Shown here: piece by piece, positions 17,013 to 25,239 of the stretch
Layout: each line of letters begins with the position of its first letter
Position numbering within the stretch: the stretch's first letter is position 1
Source of the DNA: a virus
Lineage: Duplodnaviria; Caudoviricetes
Virus record (IMG/VR): IMGVR_UViG_3300010362_001270
Span: 1-25,795 of that record
Direction: 5' to 3' (one strand)
DNA: 25,795 nucleotides
Position numbers and translations under genes: made by a program
The notes under the pieces: model-generated
What the model was told of the DNA's origin: nothing
Databases searched by the model: none
What the model saw: the letters and a program-made list of their open reading frames with translations, nothing else

Positions 17013-18806
17013 ATGGCTTATCATTTTGATAAATCCGATGATAGTTTGGTTATTGACGGCTGGGAGAAAGGAATAGCCGATAACCCTTTTAATGGCATTG
17101 CCGATATGCGCAATGCTAATATTATTTCTGTGCCTGGGGAGGCTTCGGTTAATTTTAAAACATCGTCGGTTACTCCACCTGCCAGTTCAGGAACAATGAC
17201 AACTTCATCAGCCAGTGGCGATACTGTTAGTTTAAGTAATAATTTTTTGGAAACTGGTCAGGTAATTTATTTTTCCTCTTTAAGCGATGCTACTAAGGGT
17301 ATAGCTTTAAATACTTTTTATTGGATTGAAATAGTGGCTGGAGGTGTCTATAAGCTGCGATCAAATTATAGCGGTTCCAGTTTGGTTGATATTACAGCAG
17401 ATTCTTTAACTGGTAATTGGGCAACAGTCAATATGGGACGACCAAAGCATTTTGCTTATGCATCGCTTAATGTTCCTGCTTATTGGATGGTTGATCATTT
17501 AGGACAAGTTTGGAGCAATAGTCGAGTTACTCTTAGTTCTGGTTATTGGACTTTTACTGGCAATAAAGTTAATACCTATTCTCATGGTAATGGATTAGTT
17601 TATTATGCAGCTAGTGATGGTACCAATTATATTTTTTTATTCAGCGATCGTGCTATTGATTATACTAGAGCGGATTCCTCCGCCCAGGTTTCTTGGAATT
17701 ATCAATGGGATCCTTCAGCTGGAACTATCGGAGTTTGGAATAATGTTCCTAGCCCAGTATTAAAAGCAGTCGGCAATGTCTCTCACGAAGCTTTTGTTGC
17801 TCCAACTAATCAGGTTATTTATTGTGATACTAATTGGGTTGGACGCTTTTATGAAAAGAATCCCGCTACTGCTTTTGTGCCGACAACTTTAGCTACTTAT
17901 GTTTTTGACCAAACCAATCTTTTGCCGACAACCGATACAGCCCAGTGCTTGACTTATCTAGGTACGAATATCTTAGTTGGCGGATCTTTTAATGTTATTT
18001 ATCCTTGGAATGGTTTTAGCACGACTTTTAATTATCCCTTGCTTTTGCCGGAATATAATGTTACTAAAATGGTAACAGTTAATACCAATACCTATATTTT
18101 TATTGGTAATCGTGGGCGAGTATATATCACTAACGGCACCAATGTTCAGCTCTACAAAAAAGTTCCGGATCACATCTCTGGAACAATCGAGCCTTATTTT
18201 TCTTGGGGCGGTGCTACCACTTTAAAAAATCAAATCTATTTTAGCTGTTTGGTTACTACTAATGGTGGATCTACTATTTCTCAATATGGCGGCTTATGGG
18301 CGGTGGATACGGACAGCAACGCATTAAGGCTAACAAATAAATTATCCTATGGAACTTATGCCGGCTATGCTTCCGCCATGATTGCTAACTTAGGCAGTAA
18401 TCCTGCCGGTGCCGGACTGTATATCGGCTGGGATAATGGCTCATCAGGCTATGGTGTGGATACAACTTCCAGCAATCCTTATACTGGCTCTGAAACTACA
18501 ATCGATAGTGATTTGATACCTATCGGTACTTTTCAGCAGCCGAAAGAGTTTACTAAAATTGAATACAAATTAACCCGTCCCTTAGTCAGCGGCGAAAGCA
18601 TTGTTATTAAAACTCGTTTAGTTTTCGATACGCAGAACACTGGTTATACTACAGCTTTGACTGATTCCACAGTCGGCAGTTATTCCGGTATTGGGGATGT
18701 TAATTTTAAGAATGCCCAATGGGTCCAATTTCAGATTGTTTTAAATTCCACTAATTCCAGCCCTTCTTATGTGCGCCTAAAAGAAATAAGGATCTTGACC
18801 ATATGA
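17013..18806 (+). CDS. putative tail nozzle / head-stabilisation beta-propeller protein (P22 gp10 / T7 gp12-like)
   Basis: 597 aa beta-rich; GWEKGI...DMRNANI start and WVQFQIVL...LKEIRI end; position in a podovirus-like tail module. Confidence 0.55.
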   Translation: MAYHFDKSDDSLVIDGWEKGIADNPFNGIADMRNANIISVPGEASVNFKTSSVTPPASSGTMTTSSASGDTVSLSNNFLETGQVIYFSSLSDATKGIALNTFYWIEIVAGGVYKLRSNYSGSSLVDITADSLTGNWATVNMGRPKHFAYASLNVPAYWMVDHLGQVWSNSRVTLSSGYWTFTGNKVNTYSHGNGLVYYAASDGTNYIFLFSDRAIDYTRADSSAQVSWNYQWDPSAGTIGVWNNVPSPVLKAVGNVSHEAFVAPTNQVIYCDTNWVGRFYEKNPATAFVPTTLATYVFDQTNLLPTTDTAQCLTYLGTNILVGGSFNVIYPWNGFSTTFNYPLLLPEYNVTKMVTVNTNTYIFIGNRGRVYITNGTNVQLYKKVPDHISGTIEPYFSWGGATTLKNQIYFSCLVTTNGGSTISQYGGLWAVDTDSNALRLTNKLSYGTYAGYASAMIANLGSNPAGAGLYIGWDNGSSGYGVDTTSSNPYTGSETTIDSDLIPIGTFQQPKEFTKIEYKLTRPLVSGESIVIKTRLVFDTQNTGYTTALTDSTVGSYSGIGDVNFKNAQWVQFQIVLNSTNSSPSYVRLKEIRILTI

Positions 18807-19282
18807 CTAAAGATGATGATATTCGCCAAATAGTGGAAAATGCTCTTACTCAGAGAGAGGCTTTTAATCAGGTTAATCTATCCCGGATTGCCATTCATAC
18901 CCATAACGGCACCGATAGTCCTTTGATTGACGCCAATACTTTAGGTAATTTGCCTATTCGTCCTAGAGTCTATAGCACAACTTCAACTGCCAGCCCGACT
19001 CCGGATATTGATAATTATGAATGTTATGAGTTAACTGCTTTAGCTACAGCGCCGACTTTTGCCCAGCCTATTGGTACCGGCTTTAATTTCCAGAGTTTAA
19101 TTATTCGCATTAAAGATAATGGCACAGCCAGAGCTTTAACTTGGGATGCTTCTTATGTTGCCGGTGGAGTTGCTTTGCCGACCACTACAGTTGTTTCAAA
19201 AATTTTAACTTTAGGTTTTTTCTATAACACTGCTAACAGCCTTAATAAATGGCAGTTAGTGGCATTGGCGCAGGAAGCATGA
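18803..19282 (+). CDS. virion-associated protein (159 aa)
   Basis: ATGA-coupled on both sides; HTHNGTDS motif; C-terminal IIRIKDNGTARALTW fibre-like domain. Confidence 0.65.
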   Translation: MTKDDDIRQIVENALTQREAFNQVNLSRIAIHTHNGTDSPLIDANTLGNLPIRPRVYSTTSTASPTPDIDNYECYELTALATAPTFAQPIGTGFNFQSLIIRIKDNGTARALTWDASYVAGGVALPTTTVVSKILTLGFFYNTANSLNKWQLVALAQEA

Positions 19283-19956
19283 ATATCGGCAATACTTCAC
19301 ATTCAGCCAGCGGCGAGACTAGTTTTCCTTTTACTTGGACGCATAACAATAACGGCGATTTGATTATAGTGATGCTGATCGATAAGAACAGCAGTCCCGG
19401 TGCCAATGGCGCAACTATAACTTTTAATGGGGCGGCTTTTACCAGAGCGATTTATAACGGCGATTATGGCACGACTTTCGGTGATGCTTATTTTGAAACC
19501 TATTATCTAAAAAATCCTGCAATGGGCAGCCATACGCTTAGCGTTCATCCCAATGTTGGCACCACAGCAGCGGCAGCGGCAATATCGGTTATCAGCGGCA
19601 ATGAAGTTAATGGCAAGGATAGCGATGTCGATGTTTCGGGAACAGCAACTACTGTATCTACTACACCGAGTGCCAGTGGGGCAGGCGAGTTAGTTATCGG
19701 GTTTGCGGTTGCCAGAGCCAGCGGATCATTGAGTTCTTTGGCGATTACAGGCGGAACAAGCACCTTTACTTCCTCTTTTACCGATAGCGGATTCTATAAC
19801 TATATTTTCGGCTATTTAAATAGCCTTAGTTCAGGATCCGGGGCGCAAACCTTTACCGCAACTTGGACAGGGGCGGCTAATCTGGATGCCATAGCTCAGG
19901 CGGTAACCATTAAGTTTAATGCTGGCGGCAACTTCTTTATGTTCATGCCTAATTAA
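19279..19956 (+). CDS. beta-rich virion-associated protein (probable start 19279; ORF track starts at 19249)
   Basis: ATGA overlap at 19279-19282; Ser/Thr/Gly/Ala-rich. Confidence 0.65.
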   Translation: MNIGNTSHSASGETSFPFTWTHNNNGDLIIVMLIDKNSSPGANGATITFNGAAFTRAIYNGDYGTTFGDAYFETYYLKNPAMGSHTLSVHPNVGTTAAAAAISVISGNEVNGKDSDVDVSGTATTVSTTPSASGAGELVIGFAVARASGSLSSLAITGGTSTFTSSFTDSGFYNYIFGYLNSLSSGSGAQTFTATWTGAANLDAIAQAVTIKFNAGGNFFMFMPN

Positions 19957-19957
19957 T

Positions 19958-19994
19958 TATCCCCATTGCAAAACTAGAATTAATTCAGCATGCT
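19958..19994 (+). promoter_or_regulatory. TATCCCCA-box promoter 4, leaderless or near-leaderless
   Basis: TATCCCCA-TTGCAA-17 nt-CATGCT-8 nt-ATG 20003. Confidence 0.65.
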
Positions 19995-20002
19995 AAATTT
20001 AT

Positions 20003-20902
20003 ATGAAAACCTATAGCTCATACTTTTCCAGCGATATCCAAAGAATTATAGGCAACAGCGCCACTGACAACATTGCTTGGGGCATGGAAGTTGTTAATGA
20101 TTCCATTCGTTATCTGGTATCAAAATACTATTTTAACGAGCGCAGTTATACCACAACCACCGTTTCAGGCACCCAGTTTTATAACCTTCCGCCTCAAGTC
20201 AAAAAGTTAATCAATCTGACTGTGACTATCGGCGGAGTTATCTGGCAGCCCAAAGAATGCCCTTCAAGGCAATTTTGGGATAGTTTGAATGTGGTACAGT
20301 TTAATCAGGATTTCCCTGCCTATTTTTATGTTTTCAATAACCAAGTCGGGATATTTCCTAAGCCTTCATCTAACGGCAATACCATAACCATGAATTACAA
20401 GATTCGGTCAGTGGATTTATCTATGGCAGATGTTACCTGTTCGGCTAATATTGCTATTACTACTAACACCTCTACTGTTACTGCTACTGGCGCTACTTTT
20501 TTGAAATGGATGGAAGGACAATGGATCAGGGTTGCTCACAGTTCAACTGATTCCGCTAACGGTGATAATCAGTGGTATCAGATTGATGCTGTGAGCAGCT
20601 CTACTGTTTTAACTTTAAAAAATCCCTATACTGGCGCTACTGTGGCTGCCGCTACCGCAACCATTGGCGAGGTTTCATTATTGCCGGAAGATTACGAGGA
20701 TCTGCCGCTTTATCGTATGGGCATGATTTATTACACTACTCGTTCTTTGGATCATAAAAAGGGCGATATGTATAAAGAGCTTTACCAAGACGGCGAGGCT
20801 AGGCTTGATGCCGAGTTTGGCAGTAAAAGTACCTCAGTAGTTTTGCAGGATGTGGATATGCCTTTGCTTAATCCCAATTTGTATCAAACTCACGTTAGTT
20901 AA
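20003..20902 (+). CDS. putative head-tail adaptor (tail tubular A-like) with inserted beta domain
   Basis: Helical N-terminus VNDSIRYL, TVSGTQFYNLP, IFPKPS, LPEDYEDL and helical C-terminus, as in podovirus adaptors. Confidence 0.6.
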   Translation: MKTYSSYFSSDIQRIIGNSATDNIAWGMEVVNDSIRYLVSKYYFNERSYTTTTVSGTQFYNLPPQVKKLINLTVTIGGVIWQPKECPSRQFWDSLNVVQFNQDFPAYFYVFNNQVGIFPKPSSNGNTITMNYKIRSVDLSMADVTCSANIAITTNTSTVTATGATFLKWMEGQWIRVAHSSTDSANGDNQWYQIDAVSSSTVLTLKNPYTGATVAAATATIGEVSLLPEDYEDLPLYRMGMIYYTTRSLDHKKGDMYKELYQDGEARLDAEFGSKSTSVVLQDVDMPLLNPNLYQTHVS

Positions 20903-20904
20903 TT

Positions 20905-22725
20905 ATGGCTTTAACATCAACTTACAATCCACAGGGCGGTGCTTCCACTTATCTGCAAGGATCTAGTCCTTCTTTGCAGACCACCGGTACTGTTCCTACC
21001 AGCACTACTTCCAGTATTGGTTTAAAAGCAACTAGTCCGACAACCAATGTTACTGCGCCAAAAACAACATTGACTTCAGCACAAACAGCACTGAAGGATT
21101 TATCTAGTACTTATGCTTTAGTCAATGGCACGGTCTATAACAAGTCGTCACAAACGAAATTTGCCACGCCACAGGACTTTTTTAAGGATAGCGGGGTTTC
21201 CAACTTCAATGTTAAATTTGACACTGCCTATACGCCTTCAGGCAAAGAGACTGTTTATGGTCAGCCTCAGGCTTCGCCTACAGTTTCCGCTTCTACTGTA
21301 CCTTCCAGTAGTTCTTCTTATTCTTCAAACACAACTATTACCCCAACATATACTCCGCCTCAGACTACTCCGGTTTCAGGGCAATATACTCCACCTAATC
21401 AGGGAACTACCGGAGTCAGCCAAGGCGGCATTATTGGCAATTTAATCAATACCGCTAATACCCAAAATCCTAATTATACCGATGCTTTAAAAATGATAAA
21501 TGATACGGCGGCAGAACAGACGAGATTAGGACAAGAAGGCGCTCAGGCAAATGCCGATATTTTATCCCGTCCAGAAGGGCTATCACAGCAGACTGGACAG
21601 CAGGGAATACTGGCTCAATTGATTGCTTCTAAACAGGCGGCTTTAGCGCCAAAGTACAATGCGGCAGTGGCGCAATTGGGAGCGGCTAATACCCAAACAG
21701 GCACGATCGGCTCATTGCTATCTTCAGCTGGTGGATTGAATGCGCCGATAACAAATCCCCAGACAGGTGGTTTAGTCAGTCCTTCGGTTAATACTACTAC
21801 TCGACAAACAACTTCAGGAGCAGCTAACCTTAATTCATTGATTGGACAACGTCCATCACCGTCTAATCCTAATGCTACAGAATATTATAATACTCAAACT
21901 AATCAAGGATTTTCATCTCCTCAACAATTAGCTGATTTTGTAAATCAACAACTGCCAAATTCTGGAGCTACTGCTCAGAATGTATTTTCGCTATTACAAT
22001 CTCAAAATACTAATCAAGTTGTCCAGCCTAATGATCCTTATTATCAAACCTTACAAACTTTTGCTCAATTATTAGCTTCTAATCAACCTTCGGCAGTTCC
22101 CATGGGAAGTTTGCCTCCAGCTGTACAAGCTCAAGTTTTACAAATGGCTCAAGCAATGGGTTACAATGCTAATACTGCTTTAGGTACAGCCTCAGCTCAA
22201 CAATCAAATGTTGCTAATCAACAAACAGCTGGAATTGAAGCTGCTAAGTCATTATATCTGCAGAAATATCCAGAAGCCGCCAATTTATATCAATCTCTTA
22301 GAAATGTTGACGATGCTGGCAATTTAGTTATCCAAAATACTGCTGGACAAAATATTAATCCATTTACTTTTGTACCGCTTAATACAACGATTGCTGATGC
22401 CCGAAGATATTTTAGTTCAACAGGACAAGCTACTTTCGATAGCAATATTATAAATTTGCGTAATCTTGTGCAAGCATTAACCTCCAGCAGTGGAGGAAAT
22501 ATTCCTAGTAATATAACCGATAATGCTCAGGCATTAATTAATGGCTCTCTTAGTATGGGAGGATTACAGGCATTAATAACTGCCGCTAAACAGGAAGGTC
22601 AATTAAGATTTAATAATGCATTAGGTACAGGATTGAAAGGTTGGAATGATTTACAATCGGGTACTACACCATTAACTAATTCCTCTTATTTATCTAATAA
22701 TACTACATTAGGAGGACTATTTTAA
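20905..22725 (+). CDS. putative internal virion/ejection (DNA transfer) protein
   Basis: 606 aa rich in S/T/Q/N/A/G, no Cys; follows the tail genes and abuts the lysozyme-domain gene. Confidence 0.55.
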   Translation: MALTSTYNPQGGASTYLQGSSPSLQTTGTVPTSTTSSIGLKATSPTTNVTAPKTTLTSAQTALKDLSSTYALVNGTVYNKSSQTKFATPQDFFKDSGVSNFNVKFDTAYTPSGKETVYGQPQASPTVSASTVPSSSSSYSSNTTITPTYTPPQTTPVSGQYTPPNQGTTGVSQGGIIGNLINTANTQNPNYTDALKMINDTAAEQTRLGQEGAQANADILSRPEGLSQQTGQQGILAQLIASKQAALAPKYNAAVAQLGAANTQTGTIGSLLSSAGGLNAPITNPQTGGLVSPSVNTTTRQTTSGAANLNSLIGQRPSPSNPNATEYYNTQTNQGFSSPQQLADFVNQQLPNSGATAQNVFSLLQSQNTNQVVQPNDPYYQTLQTFAQLLASNQPSAVPMGSLPPAVQAQVLQMAQAMGYNANTALGTASAQQSNVANQQTAGIEAAKSLYLQKYPEAANLYQSLRNVDDAGNLVIQNTAGQNINPFTFVPLNTTIADARRYFSSTGQATFDSNIINLRNLVQALTSSSGGNIPSNITDNAQALINGSLSMGGLQALITAAKQEGQLRFNNALGTGLKGWNDLQSGTTPLTNSSYLSNNTTLGGLF

Positions 22726-23688
22726 ATGATTGATTTTACTAATCTTGATCCACAAGTAGTTACCTTAGCCCGTGCAATCAGAAAAGTTGAAAGCAATAAT
22801 AATTTTAGTGCTGTCGGTGATAATGGAGAAAGCCACGGAGCATATCAATTTAACAAAGGTAATTTTGCACATTGGGCTACCCAGTTTGGTTTAGATCCGA
22901 ATGATTTTAGTCCTGTTAATCAGGATAAGGTTGCTTATGCAAAAATAAAAACTTGGAAGGATCAAGGTTATCATGCAGGAGAAATAGCTGCTATGTGGAA
23001 TGGATCACATTTAGAAAATGGTAGACCAGTTGCTAATAATCCAGCTTATATTCAAAAAGTTCAATCTGCTTTAGGTAATTCAAATACAAATAATAGTGGG
23101 TTAAATAATAATCCTTTGCCTTTAGCTACCCACCCTTCTAATATTCCCGGATCCGGATTAGAAAATTATCCAAACATATCAGTTTCTACAAGTTCATCTA
23201 CTCCAGCATTACCAGAACATCCTGTTAAATCAGCAGGAAAAGGTTTATTAAATACAGGTAAAGATTTTATTGTAGGAGGTATTAAAGGATCAGAACAAAG
23301 ATTAGCTTCTATAGGCGATCCAATGGTTGATAAAATTTTGGGTTTTTTTGGGCGTTCAAAAGAACAAATAGCACAAGATAGAGAACAACGAGATAAACCT
23401 TTTATACCTAAAAATGATACTGAGAAAATGGGTAGTTTTGTTGGTAAAGATGTTTTGCCAGCTGCTGGTGCTATTTTAGGCGCACCAGTAGTAGCTGATG
23501 TCTTACTTGGAACTAATTCACCAGCAGCTTATCAAACAGCCAAAGAATCAGCACCCGGATTATTAAAAAAACTTATTCCTAAAAGCAAATTAGGTAAATT
23601 AGCAGCGGGAGTAGTTTTAGATAGAGTTCTTAAATCTACAACTCATAAAGGATTAATTAAATATCTAAAGGATTTGGAAGGTTTTTAA
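22726..23688 (+). CDS. virion protein with N-terminal lysozyme-like (lytic transglycosylase) domain
   Basis: AIRKVESNNN (catalytic Glu), GAYQF, NQDKVA, AAMWNG, YIQKV. Confidence 0.75.
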   Translation: MIDFTNLDPQVVTLARAIRKVESNNNFSAVGDNGESHGAYQFNKGNFAHWATQFGLDPNDFSPVNQDKVAYAKIKTWKDQGYHAGEIAAMWNGSHLENGRPVANNPAYIQKVQSALGNSNTNNSGLNNNPLPLATHPSNIPGSGLENYPNISVSTSSSTPALPEHPVKSAGKGLLNTGKDFIVGGIKGSEQRLASIGDPMVDKILGFFGRSKEQIAQDREQRDKPFIPKNDTEKMGSFVGKDVLPAAGAILGAPVVADVLLGTNSPAAYQTAKESAPGLLKKLIPKSKLGKLAAGVVLDRVLKSTTHKGLIKYLKDLEGF

Positions 23689-23808
23689 TTAAGCCTCCCA
23701 AAAAAATTTAACAATCTTTACTAAAATAAAAAGAGCTAACATACTTAATACTGACGACGGTGCAAATATTAGTAAAGTAATAATTAGAAGTATTGTTAGG
23801 ATTGTCAT
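23689..23808 (-). CDS. 39-aa hydrophobic membrane peptide (MTILTILLIITLLIFAPSSVLSMLALFILVKIVKFFWEA)
   Basis: Read manually; has its own promoter upstream; stop abuts the convergent gene stop. Confidence 0.6.
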   Translation of the reverse strand: MTILTILLIITLLIFAPSSVLSMLALFILVKIVKFFWEA

Positions 23809-23856
23809 ATATTTTATAATTTGGTTAATTAGATTTATTCGACCTTTTCTACTATC

Positions 23857-23885
23857 ATAGTATACGATTGTAAACTAAAAGTCAA
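23857..23885 (-). promoter_or_regulatory. sigma70 promoter for the 39-aa peptide
   Basis: Minus strand TTGACT-17 nt-TACTAT. Confidence 0.6.
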
Positions 23886-23902
23886 CATAAGTTATTCACT
23901 AA

Positions 23903-24223
23903 TTATCCACAGATATCTTCTATCCTAATTTCTTTAAATATTCCTTGTTTATCTTTTCTAAATAAAATCCCATTTTCTGTTTTAAATTCTGCTATTGCCA
24001 GATCAAATTGACGTTCTTGTTTACATTCTGGACAAATTTTTATTCTTTTTTCATCTTTAAAAGAAACAATAAAACTAACCCATTTTTTGCAATTTCCGCA
24101 TTTCTTTAATTTTTTATCTTTTGCTTTTTCTAACCAATCAAAAGATATCCAATTACCTTTCTTAGATCTAAAATATTTTTTTGAGAATGGAGACATAAAG
24201 GAATTAAGGAAAAACCCGTCCAT
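23903..24223 (-). CDS. small zinc-ribbon protein
   Basis: CGNC...CPEC; Lys-rich; start may be the internal Met (MSPFSKK). Confidence 0.6.
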   Translation of the reverse strand: MDGFFLNSFMSPFSKKYFRSKKGNWISFDWLEKAKDKKLKKCGNCKKWVSFIVSFKDEKRIKICPECKQERQFDLAIAEFKTENGILFRKDKQGIFKEIRIEDICG

Positions 24224-24243
24224 TAAAAATGTACTTTGATAGT

Positions 24244-24595
24244 AGCATTAGGATTCCGTTTTCTCTCGGTAATGCTTAAGAGCCACTCTAATAAGGGAAT
24301 TATCCTTACCGGCAACTACACTGGCTCGTTATGCTATATGGTGTAAGTGTTGACTGCTGGATAAAAGCGGTTGTGTGGCATCTTCGTACATGCAGATGTT
24401 TAACTGCTTGCGACAGCACTATGCAAAAATTCCAGCCCTTTTCGTGACGGTCACTCTGATATCAGAGTACATCGAGTATTAAGCCCTCGGTCACTAGGTA
24501 GGCGAGTTAAATCAAAACTCCCAAGTTGTGTAGTAACTCGGGAGTCCTGATAACAGGCCTAGTTTAGCTACTACACAGCAAAAAGTAAGATTGTT
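24244..24595. ncRNA. candidate structured non-coding RNA / regulatory leader
   Basis: No long ORF; visibly more GC-rich than its flanks; many stems (see findings); minus-strand promoter at its edge. Confidence 0.45.
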
Positions 24596-24601
24596 AAAGT
24601 T

Positions 24602-24629
24602 AGTATAGCAGGAATAAAAACCTTGTCAA
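24602..24629 (-). promoter_or_regulatory. strong sigma70 promoter, divergent from the HTH gene
   Basis: Minus strand TTGACA-16 nt-TATACT with a TG extension. Confidence 0.75.
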
Positions 24630-24632
24630 GTC

Positions 24633-25031
24633 ATGCGTTTACATGATAAAAAACTTTTTGCTGATAAGGAAAAGTTAGGCTTTATGCTTTATTTAAGGTA
24701 TCAAGGCTTGGCTTTGACAACCTTAGCGGCTTTTTTTGGCTGCGATATTTCCAGTATTCGTTTTCAATGCGATAAGTTCCACGTTAAGCCTCATGGCGAT
24801 GTCTATACTTTTGAGAGGATTATCAATCAAATTTTACCGAATATTAAGCCTGCCAGTTATAAGCTCATCAATGGCGAGAAGATAAATATCGGCAAAAGCT
24901 ATGAAGAATACATAAAAGAAGGCAAGAAGTTATCCCCATTCTATAAGCAGAATAATAGGATAAAATATCCTTATGAATACCCCTTTAGACGCCAACAGAA
25001 AACCGGCGGTTTTGGCAGTTTTGAATACTGA
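24633..25031 (+). CDS. putative HTH DNA-binding protein
   Basis: LRYQGLALTTLAAFFGCDISSIRFQC resembles a helix-turn-helix. Confidence 0.55.
   Translation: MRLHDKKLFADKEKLGFMLYLRYQGLALTTLAAFFGCDISSIRFQCDKFHVKPHGDVYTFERIINQILPNIKPASYKLINGEKINIGKSYEEYIKEGKKLSPFYKQNNRIKYPYEYPFRRQQKTGGFGSFEY
24931..24966 (+). promoter_or_regulatory. TATCCCCA-box promoter 5, leaderless
   Basis: TATCCCCA-TTCTAT-16 nt-TAAAAT-6 nt-ATG 24973. Confidence 0.55.
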
Positions 25032-25239
25032 CGGAACAAGTCCTGTTAGTTTAATTGCCGATCCCACTACGCATCGATTGAAAATAGATATCGGTACTTC
25101 AGGCACGGGAATTGCCGGGAATGCAAAAAAAGATAACAACCGCATGTCGAGCATGCTGGGAACTTCTAATACTGACAATTCTACTCCTATTACGCTATAC
25201 ACAGATAGCGGATCTAATCTTTTAACTAAAACGACTTAA
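24973..25239 (+). CDS. small protein made of two ~40-aa repeats
   Basis: DANRKPAVLAVLNTDGTSPVSLIADP and DNNRMSSMLGTSNTDNSTPITLYTDS. Confidence 0.75.
   Translation: MNTPLDANRKPAVLAVLNTDGTSPVSLIADPTTHRLKIDIGTSGTGIAGNAKKDNNRMSSMLGTSNTDNSTPITLYTDSGSNLLTKTT

Noticed and set aside
1324-19763. Numerous minus-strand and alternate-frame ORFs in the track (e.g. 1324-1566, 4161-4493, 5849-6238, 11065-11466, 11856-12254)
   Set aside because: They lie within well-supported + strand genes and show no motifs; treated as shadow ORFs
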